From Eledone cirrhosa (taxonomy: Eukaryota), in the NCBI GenBank assembly GCA_964016885.1, contig OZ024740.1:333932001-333996000 (forward strand): a DNA stretch of 64,000 nt. Reading direction: 5' to 3'. The notes beneath the pieces are model-generated. The model saw only the letters and a list, made by a program, of their open reading frames with translations. It was not told the DNA's origin and ran no database searches. Position 1 is the first letter of the stretch. Each line of letters starts with the position of its first letter. The translations under genes and the position numbers were made by a program. Positions 27,635 to 40,254 of this stretch are shown here, one piece after another.

Positions 27635-27845
27635 TTTCTTCTGTTTATGCTTATAAGCCGAAATTGCCTTAGATTTGTTTTTAAATATCTTTCGTTGGTG
27701 TAAAGGATTTCAAGTGCTTCAGCGGTACACAGTCCACACGCTCTTTTATTCTCGTTATATGATCTAGTTTTGGCTAATATCCACTTGTGTAACCTATTTT
27801 GAATTGTACTATGTTTTAAATTCCAGATATTTTTCTTACAGCCCA
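27635..27845 (-). pseudogene. C-terminal end of a Naiad-type Penelope-like ORF
   Basis: KNIWNLK...KWILAKTRSYNENKRACGLCTAEALEILY...YLK resembles the recalled post-GIY-YIG IWxLK..W.I....Y....CxLC..E...I motif; interrupted by a SINE at 27851. Confidence 0.6.
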
Positions 27846-27850
27846 ACATT

Positions 27851-28033
27851 AGTGGATTGGCAGTAGAGGGTCGGACGCCATGCTTTGCAGCAAAGAGCTA
27901 CGGCCCTTTATGGTTTGTAGTTCAAATCCCGCCGAGGTTAACTTTGCCATTCATCCTTACGGGATCGATAAAATAAAGTACCAGTAATACACTGGGATAA
28001 TTGCTGGCCTTGTGCCAAAAGTAGAAACTATTA
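27851..28033 (+). mobile_element. tRNA-type SINE copy
   Basis: gtggattggcagtagagggtcggacgccatgc...gttcaaatcccgccgagg...gtagaaactattat. Confidence 0.85.
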
Positions 28034-29291
28034 TAACCTAACGAATAGAGTAATGAGAGAAAATCAATTCATAAAAATTGTGACACCGAAAGTGTAATCA
28101 ATTGTTACTATTCTCGACATATATAACGCATCTCTAAAGGGACTAAACACATAAGACACGGACAATGAGACTTGCGTTACAATGTTTATGGCAATTTCCG
28201 ATAGAATGATCCAAAATACTATACTAGCGCCTCTAGAAAATAATTGCAAAATTTTACTAGTATCTCAGTGAAACACATTTGAAAAAGAGAGAAAGGAACT
28301 CTGGTTTGCTGTGAAGGCTAATAAGTTTAGTATTATACTTCCAATCCCGGCATATTTCCCCAAATAAAATAAATCATATAAATTTCAATAACCAAATATA
28401 AAATAAGCTGAATACAACATTTACAAGAAGAAATTATATTTGACGTATACGTCGTCAGTGATATATTGAGATAATCATCTCAAATATATGTGTAAAATTT
28501 CAATGAAATAATTCCAAAAGAAATCTTAATATTAAGTGATGGGAAGCTCTCTTGACAGCGGAGGAAATTAATGCTTATGATTCTGGTTAAAATACACCAT
28601 ATAAGATTCGGTAATCGTGCAAATATCTGTAAACGTCATGTTTTGTTTTACGCATATAGTAAAACAGTCATTCAAAATATCAATAGGAAATTCAGGGCAG
28701 AAGGATTAACAGAATGCAGATGAAATTCAAGCGTATAGAGATGAAATAGGGAGGCAAGGCACACAACTTTGCATGAATGCACAAGAGATAGGTTAAGAGA
28801 AGAGAAAAGCAAATAGCACCAGAGCAATGGCTGAGCAGGTCACGGAGCTATTTACCAAGAGAATCAAGCCTGGCATCTAGAACGTACTTAAGCATAACTC
28901 TTAACGCCGTAGCAATAACATATAATTGAATTATACGAGAAGGTGTTTGAATACCCAGGGCTTACTAGGGGTAAAAACAATATTAATCCTCTAAACAAAA
29001 TCCTCTCAAAAGCATACCATACAACAGACAACAGTTTACCAATAGTTTGTAAAGCCCTGATATCTATACACTCCAACAAGCAGGTTACTCATCCGAAGAA
29101 TAATGTTATTTTCCCTGAGAACAGAATCTATCTCAATGATGACAGTGAATAGAAAGAATGATGTTTGGTAAATGTTGATCGCATCTTAGTTAACAAACAC
29201 ATTAAATAAATCCAAAAATAATGTGGATTTATTACTATTAATACAATGATACCCAATGACAAATTAGGATATGAAATTTCTTTAGATTAAA

Positions 29292-29916
29292 CTAGCAGAA
29301 TGGCCCGGCGTTGCTCGGTATTTGCTCTAGTGTTCTTATATATTTGATATATATTTATCCTTATCGAGCCTCGTGAAATAAAAACGTTTGTTTATATTGT
29401 GTTATTGTGTATGCAAACATATCTGTAGACGAATAATGAATTATATATATAAATTAAAATAACAGATTAAAGTTTAAACAAAGAATCGCTGCTTTCACCC
29501 TTAACGGGATCTTCTGAAACTAAAAAAATCAATCTGGGAACGCAGAAGTAAATATTTCGAAAAACGTTACACACTATATATATATATATATACCACACTA
29601 TATATACCCACACACACACATATATATAGCGTCATAATGTCGTAATGCAGACATACAGATAAATATTATAAAGGCGCAACGTTATATCTATGTATCTATC
29701 TAAAAAAAAACTATGAATTATAGAGAGAGATCGCTACATCGCCTAATGCGGTCTCTAGAGCATTGAAAATTTGAAATTTCTTTGGCTCAAAACACTCACA
29801 GGACCATACGTATTACATGTGTAAAGTCTGTAAACAATCGGTTGAGTGGTTCTCGAGTTGTAGTGAGTTAGACAGACATACAGACAGACAGACATTCTCT
29901 GTTTTAGATATATAGA
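29292..29916 (-). mobile_element. Non-autonomous Helitron
   Basis: Minus strand begins A|TCTATATATCTAAAACAGAGAATGTCTGTCTGTCTG and ends CCGAGCAACGCCGGGCCATTCTG-CTAG|T: subterminal hairpin plus CTAG, inserted at AT. Confidence 0.85.
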
Positions 29917-30427
29917 TAAAGCGATTCAAATTGTTGGACCATATACGGTCCATGTAATCAATGAAAACGATCCAATCTAAAATCGAGGACATTAAAGGTT
30001 TTTAATTATCTTTCCTATCATGTGTATAAAACACAATATTTCAGTCTGAATCCATATCCATGTAAACTGATTTTGCCTCAGCTAACTAAATTTCTGAATT
30101 ATATACCATAAACTAAGAGTAAAATATCTATACAGAAATGATTACAACATATATTTAGAAAATAGAAGAGGTAATTTAGAATGTACTAAATTCCAGATCG
30201 ACTAATGGCAAAATATATATTAAAGACATGTTAAAAACAACACGAACTTAAGAAGGAAAAGGTTCACGAAAAACAGGCTATTTTACTATGAATATTGAAA
30301 TACCTAAGCAACGAAATGGTATGTCAATCTAATTTTTAAATGTCCTTTCGATATAGAAATTAGACGATAGAAATAAATTGCAATTGAAGTGAAACTTTTA
30401 AAAATGAAACACCTTCAAATATAATAT

Positions 30428-30720
30428 TTTTCTACTTTTGGCACAATGCCAGCAATTATCCCAGTGCATTACTGGTATTTTTTTGTATCGACCCCGTAAG
30501 GATGAAAGGCGAAGTCAACCTTGGCGGTATTTGATCTCAAACCGTAAAGGAAATAACTCTACGCAGGAAAGCATGGTGCCTGACCCTCTATCGATACTAC
30601 CAATCCACCGCCTAACACCTTAAAATATAATTATTTCTACTTTAGTCACAAGGCCAGTAATTAACCAGTGCATTACTGGTACTTTATTTTATCGACCCCG
30701 TAAGGATGAAAGGCAAAGTA
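30428..30720 (-). mobile_element. SINE copy (30428-30612) plus 3' fragment (30630-30720)
   Basis: Reverse complement matches the SINE consensus. Confidence 0.85.
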
Positions 30721-31549
30721 AAATATTGATATTTCATATTATTTTCCTAGAAAAGTTGATAACAAACTGGCACACGCGCACACGCACACACACACACACG
30801 CGCACACATATACACACATATACACACATGTATGTGTGAGTGTTCGTTCATGTGCTTGTGTGTGTATATAGTTCCATACTTTTGTGTAGAATATTAGTTT
30901 GTCGAACCAGTTGGCGTTTCTTCACGCTATATACATATTTTTTCCTCTTTCATTTTTTATATTTCAGTCGAACAATATAAGAAAGCAGAAGACATCAAAA
31001 CTTGCTATATTTCTTTATTTTAGAAAAAAAACTAGAAAATATAGAAAATATGGAATCAGATGACATCACATGTGTTCTGTCTTTCATTTCTAAGTCAGTG
31101 TAGTGTCCAAAACATTTTCCTTTCGAATGTTGATTCCAGATTTTCCATTTTTTCTTCTTAATGTAATGTCGAAGTAACAAAAACGTGAACAGAGGTGTGA
31201 AGCTGTAAAATTGAAATTCACGACAATAAAATTGAGGTCTAAAGATGAAAACTAATCTACTGTATATAATTCAGAAGTGTTTTATTATTAGATTCATTTC
31301 TAGCTCAGGATCACAGATAATATTTAATGTGAGACAATAATCTCCAGTAATAAGGGAGAGAATGATGCAGGGTTGCAGACCGATTATAACCTCGGCACAA
31401 TCATCATTTTGTCCTTTACATTTAATTTGATAGTATTCATTTATTTTTTGTTAAATTTAAATTAGATATTGAATGTAAAGTTACTAAAAAATCATACAAG
31501 ATTTAACAATGGAAGTTTTTGCGATACATAGTCTAGCTAACTTAAAAAA

Positions 31550-31740
31550 TAATTGTTCCTACTTTTGGCACAAGGCCAGCAATTTTCCCAGTGTATTTAT
31601 GGTACTTTATTTTATCGACCCCATAAGGATGAAAGGCAAAGTTAACCTCGGCGGGATTTGAACTCAGACAATAAGGGCCATAACTATTTGCTTGCAAAGC
31701 ATGGTATCTGACCCTCTGCTGATACTGCCAAACTACCGCT
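31550..31740 (-). mobile_element. tRNA-type SINE copy
   Basis: Reverse complement matches the SINE consensus including A and B boxes. Confidence 0.85.
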
Positions 31741-33023
31741 CTTAAAACTTAAAAATAATGATAACACCAATGTTATGTCTTCTGGTTCCGTAATATCTTA
31801 TTCGTCCGCTGTTATAAATTTAACTAGAATAACGAATTATAGAAGATTTGCAATGTATTTTCCTTCGATATATCTTTCTTATAAAATAATAATAATAAAA
31901 ACTATAGCATTAAGAAGTGATTTCTGTGAATAGTATTAATCTTCTCTTCATAAGATGTGTCTATATTGTGTAAAGACTCAAAAATGTGCGATGAGGGAGT
32001 TGATAATGATAGTGGTGAGTATGGAGAGGTTGTCTGAGGACTTACAGATAATGGAAATAGAGCCAAAGAAAATAAATTAATGTTTTCTTAGAGGCGGGTA
32101 CTTTAACCGACTAGCTATGGAGACACAGGATGCAGGATAAAGAATAATATCTTATCGTATGTATTGAGCTAATGAAAGAGAAGATCAATAATTATAACCA
32201 GCGGCGTTAGCATTTTGTTAAGTTGTAGGTGTTTGGAGGACGTAAGTAATTAAAAAAAAGCAACGAAAATATTTTCATAAATGTGAAAATTTGTGCTTTG
32301 TTGTATGCGTATGATATATACTTAAATATAAAGAAAGATAGGGCATATATATTTATATATATATATATATATATCGTTATACTTTGGGAAGGTCATGTTG
32401 CCAATAAGAGACACACGCACCAGTTGTTTCACTTCAATTTATTATAAATTAAATTCATAAGTTTAGGAATTTCTAAATTCCCGGTTGGTTGGTTGGTTCC
32501 ACAACCAGATGATTGTTCATATATTGTCAAAGTTCTTTCGTCACACATTATGTGACCTCTTCAGTGACTGGAGATTCTTTTCTTTGTTTTTGTGCCTCTC
32601 CTTTGTTCTGTCCTACGCCCTCTTGTTTTTGTGTGGGTTGTGTGCTTAGTTTGCGCATGTGTTACATCCGGGTGTATGTGTGTGTCTATATTTGTTTATT
32701 TATTTGTTTATTTACATGTTACTGGTTGGTTGTTTGTTCTATGTGTGTGTGTGTTTTCATTTTGTCCTTAATTATAAGTTGTGATGTTGCTGTTACACTA
32801 TTATGCTTGCCCTCATATACGTACTTACGCACATACACATTTTCACTATACACATGCATTTGTAAATATACACATATGTACATTTGTGAGTGAATATATA
32901 CACATTTATACACATACCCCAACTATATTTCCTTATTTTTTTATATATCTCTTGCTTTATTTTTTTTGCCCGTTAAACTCTTGCCTTTCTTGAGGAGATT
33001 TTTCAAATATTTCACTGTTTTAA

Positions 33024-33099
33024 ATTGCCTTGTCCGATGATCGAATGAGGACGTTTTTCGTATTCGTCTTATTCGGGAAACGTCTGGTAATGAGGTAAT
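33024..33099 (+). ncRNA. Degenerate hammerhead ribozyme (homolog of 63635-63712)
   Basis: attgccttgt CCGAUGA tcgaatgaggacg..cgtcttattcgg GAAA cgtctgg UA atgaggtaat; U4C core change. The upstream ~300 bp is also homologous to 63445-63740. Confidence 0.65.
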
Positions 33100-33142
33100 T
33101 ATATTGTATTGTTTATTATACATTCGAGCCAACAGTATAAAC

Positions 33143-33202
<60 letters not shown>

Positions 33203-33297
33203 TTTTACTCTTTTAGCCGTTTTACTCTTTTTACCTATTCCAGCCGTCCGGCTGAGGCCAACTGGAGCACTGAACTTATATATAATAATAATACTAC

Positions 33298-33329
<32 letters not shown>

Positions 33330-33332
33330 GTA

Positions 33333-33405
<73 letters not shown>

Positions 33406-33877
33406 GAAGAAGAAGAAGAAGAATAAGGGAAGAAGACGCACGAGGTGGTAGAAGGTCATGAAATCGCTGCCGTAAGTTTTTGATTTTTAACATATTTAAA
33501 TCAATTGTGAAATAACAATTCTTAGTACAAATGTTGCATAATCCACCGAATGAAGCCCCATACAATTTCGGATCCATATTATATTGTTATATCGCTCAAA
33601 TATTCAATTTTGTATTATATATGTTGTATTCGAAAAAAGAAAATGGTTATGAATGGAAGAAAACACCCTCTGTCTACACTATATAGAACAGCCAAATAAC
33701 AGCAATTTCACCAACACCAGAAAGTTGATACACCACCTATCCCATCACACTAAATATAACAGCCAGATAACGGCAATTTCACCACCACCACCATCAATCC
33801 CGGCATGATAATAATAATTACTATTATTATTGTCTCAAATTTTAACAAAATGTTTAATCCCAATTTTACGGGAATAT

Positions 33878-36800
33878 GTCAACACAATATATATTAAACA
33901 TACGAACACAAACTCATAGATACTACATATCACAAAACCCAGTAACCACAACGCAACCACAACTCCATCCATCATCTTGCTACCACTATCCCATCGCCGC
34001 CGCCACCACTCCTTCATTGCTACCACCACTATTCCCCTGTTAACTTGAGAGAGAAAGGGGAAGGTGGCGGTATCACTAGACAAGGGAGAGGCTAGCAAAA
34101 GATATAAATAGATTGACTTAGTGATCTGGCCACCGGCCAAACGTCAACAGCAACAACTATGGGACTGCTGGCTCACCCCTTCCTCACCAACAATATAAAA
34201 AGCCCCGGCACCACCACCGACGTAGCCAACAACAATAACAGGCAACTACAGCAAAAAGTATATTATATTATTGTAATGCACTGGGTGATTGCTGGCCTTG
34301 TGCCTGGAGTGGAGACAATTATTAATAATTTCATTCTTAAGCCACGCAATGCTCACATTAAGGAACCACTCATGATAATAACAATTTTAAAAAAACAACA
34401 AAAAGAAAACCCCGTCACCAAGAAATACCGGGATGGCGGCCGGCGGGGAATAGCCGTGTCTCTAGGGGAGAACGACCCCTCTAGTCTTGGTTGACACTCG
34501 TTCTAGAAGTGGTAACACGAAATGATTACCCCTTGGCGGATAAGGATAAAACGCGACAAAATAAAGTAAATGTCTAATGATAAAATCTCATACCGGATCG
34601 GCCGTCACCCGGGTAAAAAAGGGCCGTGTCCCTCAGAGAGGAACCAGACTGGGGTCGAAAAATCAGCTAATGGTTCAAACCTTCCCATCACTTCGGAGCT
34701 GGAGACCTCCCATAACCGGAATACTCCTACTGTTGGCCCTCCATGCTCACCACCAAGAAATCCAAAGAAAAAGAGAGATACATGGTCAAGGGAAGATAAT
34801 AAAGAAGTCCTTGAGGCTTTCTACACTGCCATGTACTACCCATCAAATACATCGAATACAGAACAGACATATATCAACTGGAAAAAGAAACATCCCGAAA
34901 ACAGAGGCTATATTGACAGTAACAAACTAGCCAATATACGAAGAAATATTGTAAAAAAAAAGTTACTAACTGATATAGAAATTGATCAGATCAAGCTATT
35001 AGCACAAAGTCAGCGAAGGGAAAATGAAACATGTGTCAGTGAAAATGAGGTAAACTGTAACACTTCGAACCCCAGGGTTGGGGCGGAATCACTGGCAACA
35101 GAACAAATTAAAGAAAGGATCGAAAAAGTGGAGGGAGTGCATGCTCAGGATGAAACTCCAAATGAAAATAATGAGATCGTAAATGATAAAGAAATGAATG
35201 AGAATGAACTTGCCAACTTGAAGGATGAAATTATGTTCGAATGGATGAAAATGAAAGAATCTGACATGGGGCAACGAGACACCCTCCCTAAGATCCAGAA
35301 CTCCAAACAGAACCAAAAGATAATACACAAGAAAGACTAACATAATTCTCAAAAACATTATCATCACAAACAAACTAAACATTACTGATTTAAATCATCT
35401 CTATTATGCATCGGCTAAAGTCACAACTCACTTATGTGGAGTGAAGATGAAAAAACAAAGGACTTCCCACAAGAAATCTACTTGGCAAGAGAACATCAAT
35501 CGCCAAATAAACCTTCTCCGATCTGACATAGAAATTTTAACAAACTATAAAGTGGGTGAACAAGTTAAACAAACTAAACTTAGAAAATTGAAAAAAAAGT
35601 CCAGTATAAAATCAACATGTGACATAGACATGCTGATAGAAATAATGAAGCAAAAAGTGTCGGCCAAAGCTGCTCGTATAAGGCGCTTTGAAAAACGATC
35701 TAGATTCTATAAGGACAATAATATGTTCAAAAACAACCAAAGAAACTTCTACAGAAAAATTGCTAAGTCAACAATAACTGCTAAATCAATACCACCCAAG
35801 GAGGAAGTGCAAGAATTCTGGGAAAAGATCTGGGCCGAAGAAAAAGTTCATAACATACATGCCCCATGGATAGACAGACAAATGAAAGATACCTTGAGGA
35901 ACAAATATGGGAAAATATAACAGTTGAAAAGGTGCGCTTGGCTCTAAGAAAAACCAGCAAATGGAAATCCCCAGGAAAAGACAAAATACAAAACTTTTGG
36001 ATAAATGCCTTCACAGAGTCTCATGAGCTGTTAGCCCAACTTTACAATGAAATAGTTAAGGAGCCAGAAAAGATAGCATCATGGCTAGTTAACGGCATTA
36101 CATTCCTGCTTCCGAAGAATGATGAGACAAACAATCCCAAAAATTACAGACCGATAACTTGCTTGACCACAATGTATAACATTTTAACATCAGTCCTAAC
36201 TGAATACACATATGACCACCTGATAACAAATGACCTATTTCCCATTGAGCAGAAAGGGTGTAAACGAGGCTCATATGGCTGTAAGGATCAGCTTCTGGTT
36301 AACAAAATGATACTGGAAGATTGTCATAATAGACACAAAAATCTATCGATTGCTTGGATAGATTATAAAAAAGCATTCGATAGTTTGCCACACAGTTGGA
36401 TTGAAAAATGTTTAGATATTTTCAAAATATCCCCCGTTGTCAGGAGGTTTTTGTCATTCAGTATGAAGACATGGAAAACGACACTCCTTTTGAAAAATGA
36501 AACAAAATCACTGGAAGCTGGAGAAGATAATATTAATTGTGGAATTTTTCAGGGTGACTCTTTATCACCGCTTTTATTCTGCATCGTACTTATATCATTA
36601 AGTAAAATGCTCAATGAAACAAAATATGAATATACAGTCTATGACAAAATCATTAATCACTTGTTCTACATGGATGACCTGAAACTATTTGCAAAAAATG
36701 ATGAACAATTGCAAGGGCTATTATCCACTGTGGAGCAGTTCAGTGATGACATTAAAATGGAGTTTGGACTAGATAAATGCGCCAAAGCAACGTTCACCAG

Positions 36801-38350
36801 AGGAAAGCTGCTGAGGAGTTCAGATATTAATCTTGATCGAGGGAACGTGATAAGAGAACTTGATCAAGAAAAAACTTACAAATATCTAGGTGTTTGTGAA
36901 GGAGACGGAATCAAGCACTCGACAATGAGGGAAAGGATAAGGAAGGAATGTTACCGCAGAGTAAGAGCAATCTTAAGAGCGGAATTGAATGCAAGGAATA
37001 TGATCGATGCCATAAACACGCTTGCCATACCAGTAGTAACCTACAGTTACAATGTCATCAATTGGTCAAGCACAGAGATCCGTAGGCTCGATACAAAAAT
37101 TCGAAAATTCTTAACCATGCACAGAATGCATCACCCTAAGGCAGATATAGATAGAATATATCTCCCTAGGAAAGAAGGAGGACGTGGGTTAATCCAGTTA
37201 GACATTGCGTTGAAAACTGCGACAATTGGATTATCTACATATCTAAGGGAATCACATGATTGGATGATCAAACTCGTTTTGAAACACGAAAGCATCAAAA
37301 GATCATATTCCATTACAAAAGATGCACACAGATACTGTAATGGACTACAAATTTCAGAAGTCCCATTTACCGCTGAAATGGAAAACACAGAAAAAGCAAA
37401 GCAGGTAAAAGTAACTGCAAAGAAAGAACTGCTACAGAAACTGGCTAAGAAATGGCAAGAAAAGCCTCTGTATGGAAAATACCCAGAGCGAGCTAACAAT
37501 CCTGATGTTGACAAAACTTTAACCCATCAGTGGTTGGCATCCTCTGGACTGAAATCGGAGACTGTAGGACTGATTATATCAGCACAAGATCAGTGTCTGC
37601 CAACAAAAATTTACCAAGCCAACATAATAAAAAATGGATGCAGCCCATTATGCCGTGTATGCAAAAAACAACCAGAGACCATTGACCATATCATTTCAAT
37701 GTGCAGTCCTATAGCTCCAACCGAATACCTAAACAGGCATGACAGAGCTGCACAATACATACATTGGATAATGTGTAAGCATTTTGATCTGCCCCATCAA
37801 AAGAATTGGTGGGAGTATCAACCACCTCCCATACTTGAAAAAGATGACATCTCAATCCTGTGGAACTTTAGCATCCAAACAGACCGAAAAATAGATGCAA
37901 ATAGACCTGATATAATATTGAAGGACTTTAAAAAGAGGGTATGCCTGCTAATTGATATGTCTGTTCCAATAGACAAGAATGTATCTATAAAAACATTTGA
38001 AAAATTGAGCAAGTATAAGGACCTGGAGATAGAAATTGGAAAAATGTAGAAATTGAGAACTAAAACAATACCAGTGATTGTAGGCGCTCTGGGAATGATA
38101 CCTAAGGGGTCTATTGATTACTTATCGCAAATCCCAGGAAACCCGCGTATAGGAGAAATACAAAAGATAGTACTAATGGGAACTGCCCATATACTAAGGA
38201 AGATTCTGTCAATATAAGTACATCACAAGTCTAAACACTAAAGATGCATGTGTAAGTATGTATGTTCTTTCTTGAACATGGTGGAACTTGTTGTCTCTTG
38301 AGGTCACTTGGTGATAACTCGTATGAACATAAAGCAAGATAAATGCAACT

Positions 38351-38351
<1 letters not shown>
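33878..38351 (+). mobile_element. R4/Dong-clade RLE non-LTR retrotransposon, near full length
   Basis: Single long ORF broken into pieces; 3' UTR runs directly into (TAA)n at 38352. The 5' region is shared with the inverted copy at 58411-59910; the 5' boundary is approximate. Confidence 0.85.
34570..38216 (+). pseudogene. RT plus CCHC plus restriction-like endonuclease polyprotein (2 frameshifts, 1 nonsense)
   Basis: KWKSPGKD, YRPITCL, EQKGC, WIDYKKAFDS, GIFQGDSLSPLLF, HLFYMDDLKLF, CRVC..ETIDHIISMC, NRPDII..LIDMSVP..EKLSKYKDL. TAG at 38047-38049 is TGG (W) in the copy at 58135-58395. Confidence 0.9.
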
Positions 38352-38400
<49 letters not shown>

Positions 38401-39928
38401 CAATCACCTCCTCTTCATGGACGATCTTAAGCTCTTCGGGAAGAGTGAGAAGGAGTTGGATGTGCTTGTTGACACTGTCCGTATTTTCAGCAGTGATATA
38501 TGTATGCAGTTTGGTATTAGTAAGTGTGGAGTCATTGTGATGAGGAGGGGTAGGTTGAGCAGAAGTAACGGAATCCAGATACCAACAGGTGAGATGATAA
38601 AGGAAATTGACTCTGAGGAAGGATACAAGTATTTGGGCGTTCTGGAGGCTGATGGCATAAAGAACCAAAAAAATGAAGGAATTGTTAAGAACTGAATACA
38701 TTCGGAGAATAAGGAGCGTATTGAAGTCACATCTGAACAGCAGAAATGCCATAAGCACAGTAAATTCCTGAGCTGTGTCTATTATTAGGTACAGTGCGGG
38801 AATTCTGATATGGAATGTTGCTGAACAAAAAGAAATGGATAGGAAGACTAGGAAGCTATTGACTATCTACAACATGTTCCACAAGAGGAGTGATGTCGAT
38901 AGACTCTACCTAAGGAGATCTGAGGGTGGAAGAGGTCTTATCAGAATAGAGGACTGTGTTCAGATGGAGAAAAACAACCTACACAAATACGTGACTGATA
39001 GTAAGGAGCCAATGCTCAGAACTGTACTGAAGGAGGGGACAATAGGCCAGGGGATGTCCAAGGAGGAAATAACATCAAGGAGAAAGAGCAGCCTTCAGGA
39101 AAAAACCCTTCATAGTACCTTCTTTGAGAAAACTGAATTTAGAGATCCACAGACATGGAACTGGTTGAGAAGAGGAGATCTTAAAAAGGCTACAGAAGGA
39201 ATGTTAATGGCTGCACAGGAGCAAGCCCTCAAAACGAAGTGGTTGAAACACCATATTTACAAGGAGGAGGCTAGCCCACTGGGCAGGATCTGTGGAGAGA
39301 GAGAGGAGACTGTGATTCACATTGTATCCGAGTGTAAACACCTAGCCCAGACCCACTATAAGGGCTGGAGACATGATGTGATGGGCAGGGTGATCCACTG
39401 GCACCTGTGCAAAGTAAACAATTTACCACATTCTGAGAAATGGTATGAGCATAAACCAGAGGCGGTGATGGAGAACGAGCAGGTGAAAGTGCTGTGGGAT
39501 TTTAGGATACAGACGGACAAGAAACTGGAACACAATAGACCTGACCTGGTGGTTGTGGACAAAGAAAAAAGATCGTGTCTGATTGTGGATGTGACCTGCC
39601 CATTCGACACGAGGGTGCAAGAGAAGGAGAGAGAGAAAATTAACCGATACCAGGACTTAAAGTGGGAGGTAAAAAGGATTTGGAACTGCCATGAAGTCAA
39701 AGTGATCCCGATTGTCATAGGCGCACTGGGGACTATCTCCAAAAGTTTCTAGGGATGGTTAAAGAAAATCGGCCCTTCACGCTTTTTGGAACGCTTCAAA
39801 AGGCATGCTTGCTGGGAACAGCAAGAACCCTCCGATACGTCCTGAATATCTGAGTCTGCAGGTAGTGGCTTGATATTCATTCCAACGGACTTTCCAGTTA
39901 ACTAACATCAATGACTGAGATTCAAGGA
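38401..39928 (+). mobile_element. Second, divergent R4/Dong-type LINE, 5'-truncated
   Basis: Starts at HLLFMDDLKLF straight after (TAA)n; contains ICGEREETVIHIVSEC, NRPDLVV, DVTCPFD, IVIGALG; has frameshifts and stops; ends in (TAA)n at 39929-39990. Confidence 0.85.
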
Positions 39929-39936
39929 ATAATAAC

Positions 39937-39992
<56 letters not shown>

Positions 39993-40254
39993 TTTCTTTA
40001 TTAACCACAAGGGTTTACATAAAGTAGACATTAAGGACAGTGCAGGACAATGCAGGACGGTACAAATGGGCATTTCTGCGTGTAAAAAAAAACAAAAACA
40101 GAGGATGTAACAAAAATAACAATGAAAATAACAATGAAAAATTCCCCAATAGGGGGGAGACTTCGGAGGGACATTTGTGGAGAAAGCCCAGTAAAAAGCC
40201 ACAATGACCCTGACCACCAAGGCAAGTGCCCTCTCCCAGTTTTCCACCTTTAGT

